A stretch of DNA of 64,000 nucleotides from an uncultured Bacteroidales bacterium (GTDB taxonomy: Bacteria > Bacteroidota > Bacteroidia > Bacteroidales > UBA12077): NCBI GenBank assembly GCA_964585385.1, contig CAZPDP010000001.1, positions 50,850 through 114,849 on the forward strand. Direction: 5' to 3'. Numbering within the stretch: the first letter of the stretch is position 1; every line of letters begins with the position of its first letter. The notes beneath the pieces were generated by a model. It saw only the letters and a program-made list of their open reading frames with translations, ran no database searches and was not told the DNA's origin. Of the stretch, positions 30,056-38,189 are shown one piece after another. A program made the position numbers and the translations under genes.

Positions 30056-30300
30056 TTACTTTTTAGCATCACTCATACCCAAATTGAGCGATTTTCGCTC
30101 ACTGCTTGCCCCGTATACGAAGTGTCGGGGACAAAGAAATTGTAAGGTTCCACCTTCCCGACACTCCGTGTACGGGACAGTGAAAAACCGACAATTTCTA
30201 AGGTGTCCGGCAGCTGCCGTATAAGTAAAGCGTTTTTTCACTATCCCGGTAAAAATCGGGAAAACCGCTCAAATTAGGTCATAATAACTACGGTGTTTTA
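30056..30300. other. GC-rich, highly self-complementary intergenic element (candidate structured RNA or mobile-element footprint)
   Basis: A 20-bp stem CCCGTATACGAAGTGTCGGG / CCCGACACTCCGTGTACGGG (one wobble, one mismatch, ~26-nt loop, ~30110..30176). A perfect 12-nt palindrome CGGCAGCTGCCG (~30208..30219). AGTGAAAAA / TTTTTCACT pair at ~30179..30187 and ~30234..30242. TGAGCG / CGCTCA hairpin at ~30085..30101. Visibly higher GC than the flanks. Coordinates are +/-1 nt. Confidence 0.35.
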
Positions 30301-30427
30301 AATGGGTGTTTATTATTATATTCTTTCTGTCATTTAGCCAAAAGGTAACTTAAATCATCTAACTTTTTTTTCATTCTGCCGTTTATTACAGAAAAGGTTA
30401 CGAGAGTGACAGATTTAAATCCGGGTC

Positions 30428-32155
30428 ATGGTTGATATCTTTGCATCAAAAATCAGGAACCTGATTAATTCAGGGATTAAGGGTGACTTTAGTCAGGAGG
30501 CATTACGGAAAGCTTTGCTAATTAATATGTTTTCCCTGATAGGTCTTCTGTTTATGGTGTTTTTTGGCATAAGAAGTATCATGCAGGGAAATCATCTTAC
30601 AGGGTGGGTTGATATAAGTTTTGCAGGAGCTACTCTGGCTATACTGATTTATTTGCGTTTAACCCGTAATTATAAATTTGCTGGATGGGGTATTGTCCTT
30701 TTGCTGTTTGCATTGACTCTTTTTTTACTTGTTACAGATTTAGGACAGGGCAAGTTGCTGTGGTACTATGTTTTTCCCCTAATCGCTTATTTTATCCTGG
30801 GAATTAAACAAGGCGGCATTATTAATATTCTCTTGTTTTCCATAACTGTTGTATTGCTTTTATTTCCTTCAGATACTATGCCCCTCCGGAGCGAATCATT
30901 TATCATTCGCTTCATTTCTACATACATAGCAGTATCAGGTTTAGTTCATATTTTTGAATTTATTCGGCAAAGCACTTACCATTCCCTGATGGAAGCCAAT
31001 CATACCATTACTGAATACCTTTCTCATACTGTAAAACAAAAACAAGAAATTGAAAAACAAACAGAAAAACTGGAGCTCATCAACCTGGAGCTGAAAAAAC
31101 TCTCTGCAGTGGTAAGACAAACCGATAACGCAGTGATGATAGTTGACAGAACGGGGCAGGTGGAATGGGTGAATGATGCATTTACCAGATTATACGGTTA
31201 TAATATCCTTGACTTAAATGAGATGTATAACTGGGATTTGATTCATGCCGGTTTCAACCGGAAAATGAATGAAAAGATTGAACTGGTTATGCACAAAAAG
31301 GAATTTGTGAATTTTGAATCAGTTGTTACAAACAAAAACGGAGATGAAATTGAAGTTCAGACTACACTTACTCCCTTGTACAGCGAGGAAGGAGAGTTAA
31401 CCAAATTTATTATTATCGATACGGATATCAGGCAGTTGAAGGATGCGGAAAGAAAACTGCGGGAAGTGGTTGCAATGAAAGATAAGTTTTTTTCAATTAT
31501 TGCCCATGACCTGAAAAATCCATTCAATTCCATTATCGGTGTTTCAAAACTTCTTGCTGAAAACCCCGGAAAATATGACAAAGATAAGCTGAATTTCTTT
31601 CACAAGAGTATTTATAAAGTATCCAAAAATAGTTACGATCTTCTTATAAATCTACTTGAGTGGTCCAGGGCACAAGCAGGAACAATGGAGCTAATAATGA
31701 GTGATCTGAACCTCTATCTGACCATTAAGGATACCCTTCAACTTGTGGATTCTCAGGCAAAAGAGAAGAATATTGAGTTTAATTTTGCTGTGGACTCTAA
31801 TATTGAGGTAAGGGCTGATGTTAATACACTCCGGACTGTGCTGAGGAATCTACTTACCAATGCTATTAAATATTCCTGGAAAAACAGCAAAATAGATATT
31901 CGTGCTTCGGTATCAGGGGACTTTGTACAAGTAGACATAATAGATTACGGCATTGGTATACCCGCGGAAAAGAGCAATAAACTGTTTCGTATAGATAAGC
32001 AATTTTCTCGCCGGGGAACTAACAAAGAAGAGGGTACAGGTTTAGGGTTGGTTCTTTGCAAGGAATTTATTGAAAAGAATGGAGGAGAGATATGGGTCAA
32101 CAGCGAAGAGGGAAAAGGGTCTGTTTTTAGTTTTACTTTACAAACTACATCTTAA
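30428..32155 (+). CDS. Membrane sensor histidine kinase (multi-TM N-domain, PAS, HisKA, HATPase)
   Basis: 575 aa. About 6 N-terminal helices, a coiled coil, and a PAS-HisKA-HATPase part clearly paralogous to the C-terminal ~390 aa of the 26232 kinase (TDNAVMIVDRTGQVEWVNDAFTRLYGY; FFSIIAHDLKNP; GTGLGLVLCKEF). Confidence 0.85.
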   Translation: MVDIFASKIRNLINSGIKGDFSQEALRKALLINMFSLIGLLFMVFFGIRSIMQGNHLTGWVDISFAGATLAILIYLRLTRNYKFAGWGIVLLLFALTLFLLVTDLGQGKLLWYYVFPLIAYFILGIKQGGIINILLFSITVVLLLFPSDTMPLRSESFIIRFISTYIAVSGLVHIFEFIRQSTYHSLMEANHTITEYLSHTVKQKQEIEKQTEKLELINLELKKLSAVVRQTDNAVMIVDRTGQVEWVNDAFTRLYGYNILDLNEMYNWDLIHAGFNRKMNEKIELVMHKKEFVNFESVVTNKNGDEIEVQTTLTPLYSEEGELTKFIIIDTDIRQLKDAERKLREVVAMKDKFFSIIAHDLKNPFNSIIGVSKLLAENPGKYDKDKLNFFHKSIYKVSKNSYDLLINLLEWSRAQAGTMELIMSDLNLYLTIKDTLQLVDSQAKEKNIEFNFAVDSNIEVRADVNTLRTVLRNLLTNAIKYSWKNSKIDIRASVSGDFVQVDIIDYGIGIPAEKSNKLFRIDKQFSRRGTNKEEGTGLGLVLCKEFIEKNGGEIWVNSEEGKGSVFSFTLQTTS

Positions 32156-33672
32156 CGATAAATTACGGTGATCTGTCCTCTTTTCTTTACTTTTTTGTCA
32201 TCCGGATTCTGATATTCCAAATAATAAATGTAAGTCCCTGAAGACGCTTTCTCATTACCTTGTATGGTTCCGTTCCATGGTTTTTCCGGATCATTTGTCT
32301 GAAAAACTTTGTTTCCCGAGCGATTGTAAATGATTAAAAGATATTCCTGGGGAAGAAAGGAGAGTCTGGGCCTGAATTTTTGATTTTCCAGGTTTTTGGC
32401 ATTCGGAATAATTGTGTTGGGAATAAAAATCCTGGGCTTAATATAAACACAGGTTTTATTTGAAACTGAAACGGATTCATTGTTTCCATAACCTTCTAAT
32501 ATAGCTCTCACATAATAACAAAAAGTCCCGCTTACATCCCTTCCCATGAAAGCAGAGATTTCATTATCGAAAAAAGTGAGGTTTTGTGTTGTTCCCCTGA
32601 ATGAATAAGGATTTGAGCCTATTTTTCTGTAAATCTCATACCTTTTAACTTTTCCTGACATTACAGGAGTCCATTTCAATTCATTTACCAGGTTGTTTTC
32701 TTTTACATTTAAGACGATATTGTTCACAGTGTCTGAATGGGTTGTGAGATTATTACACTGGTTGACTGCTGCCAGGTTGTAATAATAAACATTCCTGCCA
32801 GGATTTACATTCCGGTCCTGGTATTCATAGGTGTATTCATCAATATTAGTGGTTTCAAGAGTGTCAAAGGGGCCCTCATGGCTATTTCCCCGTAGAAGTG
32901 TAAAACGGTCAATCTCAGAATTTTCAGCAATAGTATATTGCAGGTTAATTGAACTATTATCCACTTCAAATTCATCGGTATTGATATAATTTGGGTCGTA
33001 CGGCATGCGGGTTTCCATGCTCACCCGGTTTGAAGCGGATTTGATGGAGGTATCTTTAGCCAGTACGGCTTCTACGTAATAGGAATAAGTCTGGTTGTAT
33101 TCGACTTTATCGTCCCGGTAAGAGGTATCCTGGGTAGTCTCAATTTTTTGATAATCACTATTTTCACCTACTTTTTTCCATAAATGGTATCTTGCTATTT
33201 TTATGGTGTCATTTAAATCTTCAGTGCATGTGGGATTGGTGTTTTCAAAATAACGCGACCAGCTAATATTCATAATGGTATTGCATGTATCAAAGTGCAA
33301 AGTAGTATAGGTTGTGTTGAATTTGCTGCTTAAAACCTCCATATTGCCTGTAGGATTACCTGTTTGGGTGATTATATAGGATCGGACCCTGTCAAAGGTA
33401 ACATTTTCATGAGTGTATGACTTATCGGAAGTATCTTTGATATTATAAAACGGTTCTTGTGTATAAGAGTAGCAGGGTGGGAAAAGCGTGTCTGTGTAAA
33501 TCCCCATTTCTATGTTGGCAGTATCCTTAAATGCCCATTCTATTCGCACATCATTATCTTCGTTAATTACCGTAACGTTTTTCACTTCAACACTCCCTTG
33601 TGAATGGCAATGAACCTGAACGGCCAGAATTGTTATAACCAACAGAAAAGAATATTTAAAAACGGAATTCAT
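32152..33672 (-). CDS. Secreted multi-domain protein with T9SS type-B (gliding-motility-associated) C-terminal sorting domain
   Basis: 506 aa. Signal peptide, repeated beta-sandwich-like segments, and a C-terminal ~90 aa (IFIPNTIIPN...LLIIYNRSGNKVFQTN...WNGT...SGTYIYYLEY...GQITVIY) matching the type-B CTD pattern. Confidence 0.7.
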   Translation of the reverse strand: MNSVFKYSFLLVITILAVQVHCHSQGSVEVKNVTVINEDNDVRIEWAFKDTANIEMGIYTDTLFPPCYSYTQEPFYNIKDTSDKSYTHENVTFDRVRSYIITQTGNPTGNMEVLSSKFNTTYTTLHFDTCNTIMNISWSRYFENTNPTCTEDLNDTIKIARYHLWKKVGENSDYQKIETTQDTSYRDDKVEYNQTYSYYVEAVLAKDTSIKSASNRVSMETRMPYDPNYINTDEFEVDNSSINLQYTIAENSEIDRFTLLRGNSHEGPFDTLETTNIDEYTYEYQDRNVNPGRNVYYYNLAAVNQCNNLTTHSDTVNNIVLNVKENNLVNELKWTPVMSGKVKRYEIYRKIGSNPYSFRGTTQNLTFFDNEISAFMGRDVSGTFCYYVRAILEGYGNNESVSVSNKTCVYIKPRIFIPNTIIPNAKNLENQKFRPRLSFLPQEYLLIIYNRSGNKVFQTNDPEKPWNGTIQGNEKASSGTYIYYLEYQNPDDKKVKKRGQITVIYR

Positions 33673-33675
33673 TAG

Positions 33676-34968
33676 TTAATCTTCGCATTTGCCAGCAACA
33701 GATAAGATCATCTCTTCTTCGTCCAGATATTTGTTAGCAAGATCCATCACATCCATTGCTGTAATTTTGTTGATTTCATCAAAAAGGTTACTAAAATAAT
33801 ATTCAGAAACATTATTTTCAAGAATGGAGAGGTAACTCCCCGAAGTAGGCAAGGGGCCGTCAAATGATTTGAGCAATTCGCCCATCATGTAATTTTTCAC
33901 CATGTCCAATTCTGCATTCCCTGCTTTTTCCTTTTTCAAACGTTTAATCTCCTGCTTAATTGCATCGATAGCTTTGCGGCATACGTTTGATCCCACTTCC
34001 GAGACAATGACAAAATACCCCTCGTTTACCAGGGATATAAGAAGAGCGTTGATTCCATAAGTGTAACCCTTTTCTTCTCTTACTTTTTTCATTAGCCTCG
34101 AACCGAAGTACCCACCCAGTATGGTGGTTACGATTTTCATCTTCAGGTAATCGGGATGATGTTTGGTAAACATTACTTTGCCCATTCGTACAGCTGCCTG
34201 CAGGGCATTTTCTTTGGGCGTAAATATTTCCTGTTGGTTAGTTGCCTGAATCGGAAAATCTGGAGCGATAATCTCCTTTCTTGATTTCCAGTTTTTCGAA
34301 CCAATATACTTGTCTATTTGGATAGTGACATTCTTGTCGATTTTGCCGGTAAGGAGTATTTCGCAATTTCCGGGGACATAGTATTCCTGGTGAAAACCGG
34401 CTAAATCTTCTTTTTTTACATTGTCATGATCTTCATACTGAAGTATTTTTCCATAAGGATGATTGGGGCCAAAGAGGGCTTCGTTGAATTTAATTCGCGA
34501 CTGACTGTTTACCTTACTTCGCTCCAGTTTAAACTGTTGCTTCTTATTCTTGATGTATGTAGAAAGTTCCTGTTCAGAAAAAGCAGGATTTCGGATTATT
34601 TCAGATAATATTTCGAGCGTCTCCTCCAGGTATTTTTTTAGAGTAAGCAGGGTAACCATTGCAATGTCTTTATTGGCATTGGATTTCAGGAAAGCTCCGT
34701 AATAGTCAAGTTTGCCGGCGATTTCAGCGGAGGTCATACCGGTAGTACCTTCGGTAAGCATATCACAGGTAGCTTCTGCAACAAGGGGTTTGGGGTTGTA
34801 CCAGTTTCCAGCTCTGAAAATCATATCGATTTTTACAATTTCTTCGGTCCCCGATTGAATAGAATACAGGGGGATGCCGTTTGAAAGCTTTGATTTTTCA
34901 GCTAAAACTGGGTCGAATGATTTTATTTTATGGGTTTTAGGGGATATGGTTCTGTCGGGATGTTTCAT
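33676..34968 (-). CDS. M16-family peptidase, non-catalytic-type subunit
   Basis: The ORF track gives a TTG at 35007. ATG 34968 forms an ATGA overlap with the upstream stop and is more likely. M16 fold-like sequence without an HxxEH motif. Confidence 0.7.
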   Translation of the reverse strand: MKHPDRTISPKTHKIKSFDPVLAEKSKLSNGIPLYSIQSGTEEIVKIDMIFRAGNWYNPKPLVAEATCDMLTEGTTGMTSAEIAGKLDYYGAFLKSNANKDIAMVTLLTLKKYLEETLEILSEIIRNPAFSEQELSTYIKNKKQQFKLERSKVNSQSRIKFNEALFGPNHPYGKILQYEDHDNVKKEDLAGFHQEYYVPGNCEILLTGKIDKNVTIQIDKYIGSKNWKSRKEIIAPDFPIQATNQQEIFTPKENALQAAVRMGKVMFTKHHPDYLKMKIVTTILGGYFGSRLMKKVREEKGYTYGINALLISLVNEGYFVIVSEVGSNVCRKAIDAIKQEIKRLKKEKAGNAELDMVKNYMMGELLKSFDGPLPTSGSYLSILENNVSEYYFSNLFDEINKITAMDVMDLANKYLDEEEMILSVAGKCED

Positions 34969-36212
34969 GATTGTTTCTGTTTTGAAAAGTAATAAAGGGT
35001 TGAGCAATTGTTTTTCTGTAAAATTCCTGCACTTACTCGTTTGATATCTTCCGTCTGAACTTTTCTGTACACTTCAGATTCGGTATTGATTCTTTCTGCG
35101 TCACCCAGCAGTTCATAATAGGAAAGATTCATAGCCTTGTGTAAAGCGCTGGTACGGCTGAAGTTCTGAACAGCTTCAACTTTGTTTTTAACTTTTTCAA
35201 GTTCTTCGTCTGAAATTGTTTGTTCTTTGAGTCGGTTAAGTTCATTATTGAGAGCCTTTTCTGCTTTATCCATCTCTATACCATCTGCAAGGCTCCCGTT
35301 TATTATCAAAAGGCCGGGATCAATATCGCCTGTGATATAGGCGTCAATATGACTGAAAAGTTTTTCTTCTTTCACCAGTCTTTGGTACAGTCTGGCAGAT
35401 TTTCCGTTGGCCAGTATGTCAGAAATCAAATCCGTAGCTTGATAATCGGGATGATGCCTGGAGCACATGTGGTAAGCTTTATACAGGACATTATGAGGAA
35501 CTTCGTCCTCCAGACTTTTTTGCCGTGGTTCTGTTTGTTTGGGTTCTTCAGGTATTTTGCGTGAAGTAATTTCTCTGTGTGGAATCTCTCCAAACCATTT
35601 TTCCACAAGCTGTTTGATTTTTTCCGGCTCCGTGTTGGCAACAACAGTGAGGATGGCATTATTGGGGGCATAGTGATGATAGAAAAATTCTTTCACTTCA
35701 TCCAGTGTTGCATTTTTTATATGGGAGATGTCTTTACCAATGGTCGGCCATTGGTAGGGATGCTTTTTATATGTCATTGGTCTGAGATGCAGGTATGCGT
35801 CTCCATAAGGTTGGTTCCTGTATCTTTGATTATACTCTTCAATAACAACATTTTTTTGTATCTCAAGCTTCTCTTCAGTAAGCTTTAGTCCCAGCATTCT
35901 GTCTGATTCAAGCCATAATGCTGTTTCAATATTGGGTAAAGGTACAGTCAAATAGTAATTCGTTATATCGTTGGATGTAAAGGCATTGTTTTCACCTCCT
36001 GCTTCCTGCAAAGGAGTATCATAAACCGGAATATTTAATGAGCCTTCAAACATAAGGTGTTCAAATAGATGGGCAAATCCTGTTCGTTCGGGATTTTCAT
36101 GCCTGGCGCCCACATTGTATAACAGGTTAACCGTAGCAATTGGGGTGGAAGGGTCAGGGTGGACAATAAGCCTGAGCCCGTTTTCCAGGGTATACTTGTG
36201 AATTTTTATCAT
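34965..36212 (-). CDS. M16-family zinc peptidase (pitrilysin-like)
   Basis: 415 aa. Inverted zinc motif HLFEHLMFEG with a downstream glutamate region (GGENNAFTS). Confidence 0.85.
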   Translation of the reverse strand: MIKIHKYTLENGLRLIVHPDPSTPIATVNLLYNVGARHENPERTGFAHLFEHLMFEGSLNIPVYDTPLQEAGGENNAFTSNDITNYYLTVPLPNIETALWLESDRMLGLKLTEEKLEIQKNVVIEEYNQRYRNQPYGDAYLHLRPMTYKKHPYQWPTIGKDISHIKNATLDEVKEFFYHHYAPNNAILTVVANTEPEKIKQLVEKWFGEIPHREITSRKIPEEPKQTEPRQKSLEDEVPHNVLYKAYHMCSRHHPDYQATDLISDILANGKSARLYQRLVKEEKLFSHIDAYITGDIDPGLLIINGSLADGIEMDKAEKALNNELNRLKEQTISDEELEKVKNKVEAVQNFSRTSALHKAMNLSYYELLGDAERINTESEVYRKVQTEDIKRVSAGILQKNNCSTLYYFSKQKQS

Positions 36213-36237
36213 ATATCAGTTTTTTTTAGGAAAAGTA

Positions 36238-36245
36238 CAAACTTA
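36238..36245 (-). promoter_or_regulatory. -7 box (TAAGTTTG on the minus strand)
   Basis: Exact TAnnTTTG, 25 nt upstream of the ATG at 36212. Confidence 0.4.
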
Positions 36246-36339
36246 TAGAAATGTGAGTCATTTTCAATGCAACATTGTATTTTAAATTTGAGTAACCTGC
36301 TATCTATAACTTTTTATGTATTGAAATGACCATAAATAA

Positions 36340-36355
36340 AATGCTCTCAAGCATT
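36340..36355 (-). terminator. Weak hairpin terminator downstream of the gldB-like gene
   Basis: AATGCT / AGCATT forms a 6-bp stem with a 4-nt loop. On the minus strand it is followed by TTTATTTAT. Confidence 0.35.
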
Positions 36356-36366
36356 CATTCCGGTAA

Positions 36367-37374
36367 TCAGGGATGATACCTGGATATTTCCAGTATCTTC
36401 TGGTAATCGTTTTCCAACATAAGCTCCCGCAAAGTCACATCCTTGTTTTTTCTCATGTATTCTTCAATTATTTTCCACCCCAGCCAATTTATTGCTCTTC
36501 CGGGCGAGTTTCTTGGGAAACCAGTGGTAAAAGGAGCAGGGTTTACATACTTATTAATGGTCATATAATCGGTTTCGAAAAGCAATTTGTGTTCAATTAA
36601 ATAATTCCAGATTTGCTTTTCATTTGCTTTGCACCATTTTAATTCTTCTTCTGTAAATCCGGTTATCAGCGTATCGGGCTCTTCAGGCAACATGGATTTG
36701 ACAAAATACAGTAATTTTCCCCTGTAAAGCATATTGGTAAGAATGTTGTCAGTGGAATCATTAAATTCCCATTCTGTCTGTGCCCAGGCTTTCATACCAT
36801 CACTGGGGATCTTTTTTTTATGCATATTCTTTTGCAAATACTCCGACCAGCCCAGTTTGTCGTAGAATTCGCAATCTCTCCCCAGGTACTTGTCAAGGCC
36901 AATAGCAAGAACACTGTCATCCACTACAACAGACTGGTTAAAACCTCCGATATAAGTATATACTGCAGGCACTGTTTTATCAGGAAAATAATGTTTGTAA
37001 TGCCTGAAGCCCCGGGTCAATTTCATTTCGATCTTGTCAAGACTGGGATAAACCTCCTGGGTGCGTTCGTATACCTGGTTTATGATATAATCGGTGAGAA
37101 ATCCATTCAGGTTATCCACATATGCTTTGCTGTTGGAACTGCCAAGGTTGATAACATTCCGGTTGTATAATTCGAAAAAACTGCCGTATTTATTTGTTAA
37201 CCTGGGAATTTCACTATGCAGGCTATTCAGCTCAACATCAAACAAGTCCTGGTCAAGTCTTTTAATGCTTATGTTAACCTTAACATTTGAAACGTCAGTT
37301 TTGTAGGGATCTTGCCCCGAACAGCTATAGAGAAGCAGGCTAATCAGACTGAGCCAAACAATTTTTTTTATCAT
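36367..37374 (-). CDS. gldB: Gliding-motility lipoprotein GldB-like
   Basis: 335 aa. Lipoprotein signal (LLLYSC) and a C-terminal block NPAPFTTGFPRNSPGRAINWLGWKIIEEYM resembling the GldB signature as I recall it. The nadE neighbourhood is typical of GldB loci. Confidence 0.6.
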   Translation of the reverse strand: MIKKIVWLSLISLLLYSCSGQDPYKTDVSNVKVNISIKRLDQDLFDVELNSLHSEIPRLTNKYGSFFELYNRNVINLGSSNSKAYVDNLNGFLTDYIINQVYERTQEVYPSLDKIEMKLTRGFRHYKHYFPDKTVPAVYTYIGGFNQSVVVDDSVLAIGLDKYLGRDCEFYDKLGWSEYLQKNMHKKKIPSDGMKAWAQTEWEFNDSTDNILTNMLYRGKLLYFVKSMLPEEPDTLITGFTEEELKWCKANEKQIWNYLIEHKLLFETDYMTINKYVNPAPFTTGFPRNSPGRAINWLGWKIIEEYMRKNKDVTLRELMLENDYQKILEISRYHP

Positions 37375-37493
37375 TTTAAGAATTTTTAAGTTTGTATTAA
37401 CGAGAATTTGTTAATTTTATTTTTACTAAAAATTGGTATGGTAATTGTTTTAAGCGTATTTTCGAACCATTATCAAATTAAAGGCTTAAAATT

Positions 37494-38141
37494 ATGAAAA
37501 AGTATTTATTCCTTATAGCTTTTCTGTTTCTAGTTATTAAAGGATTTTCACAGAATTTCACATTCACTGTATACGGGGAGCCACAGCTTTCCTGGTTATC
37601 TGCAGACGCAAAAAATGTTGAGACCGCTGGTACAAAGATTGGCTTTAATGGTGGATTAAATTTTGATAATTTCTTTGCTGAAAATTATGCTTTTTCCACT
37701 GGTATTTCAATTAATAAGATAGCCGGTGAATTAATCTATAATTACGACAGGGATTTTCAGGGAAATGATGGCAATTATACACTTGACAGTGCAGGAACTG
37801 CTGAATTTAACCTGCAGTATATTGATATTCCATTGGGATTGAAGTTTAAGACAATTGAAATAGGATATACCAAGATATTTGCCCACCTGGGACTCAATGC
37901 AGGAATTAATATAAAGTCTGCTCTCAATCTCCCCGATGTTGCCGATGTTAATATAATCGAGGAAATAAACTGGTATAACCTGGGTTATTATGCAGGCGGG
38001 GGCATTGAATATTCCCTGGGAGGGAATACTGCCATTGTAGCAGGCCTCACCTACAAAAAAGGATTCATGGATATAACAGAGAATGAATCCAATGTCGTTA
38101 CAAATGGTAATGTTTCTTTAAGGGTTGGCCTGTTATTTTAG
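37494..38141 (+). CDS. Outer-membrane beta-barrel protein (PorT/OmpA-beta-barrel-like)
   Basis: 215 aa. Signal peptide, alternating hydrophobic beta-strand pattern, and a C-terminal aromatic residue (VGLLF). Confidence 0.6.
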   Translation: MKKYLFLIAFLFLVIKGFSQNFTFTVYGEPQLSWLSADAKNVETAGTKIGFNGGLNFDNFFAENYAFSTGISINKIAGELIYNYDRDFQGNDGNYTLDSAGTAEFNLQYIDIPLGLKFKTIEIGYTKIFAHLGLNAGINIKSALNLPDVADVNIIEEINWYNLGYYAGGGIEYSLGGNTAIVAGLTYKKGFMDITENESNVVTNGNVSLRVGLLF

Positions 38142-38189
38142 TAATTATTTTGCTTTTAACACATTAACTGTAATAAAAAGTTAGTACGG

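Noticed and set aside
30056-30241. A 61-aa minus-strand ORF (GTG start) inside the GC-rich structured element.
   Set aside because: Its Cys/Arg/Gly-rich, pattern-less sequence is what translating palindromic GC-rich DNA would give. It has no -7 box or recognisable domain. The complementary-segment structure explains the region better than coding does.
30056-30300. Possible cobalamin riboswitch, group II intron domain V, or SRP RNA identity for the structured element.
   Set aside because: There are only superficial resemblances (CCGTATAC...GTACGG; GTGAAAAACC; GTCCGGCAGC). It lacks a B12 box, the AGC catalytic triad and a 34-nt DV geometry (the stem is 20 bp with a 26-nt loop). It also lacks an intron-encoded protein and the SRP GGAA/AGCA motif. 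I cannot support any of these assignments.
30061-32100. My nucleotide count of the printed sequence runs 1 nt lower than the ORF-track coordinates throughout this block. It is in register before 30060 and after 32101.
   Set aside because: Both break points fall exactly on printed line boundaries, and the ORFs translate cleanly. I treat this as a formatting or counting artefact, not a biological indel. Features in this block follow the ORF-track numbering and are +/-1 nt.
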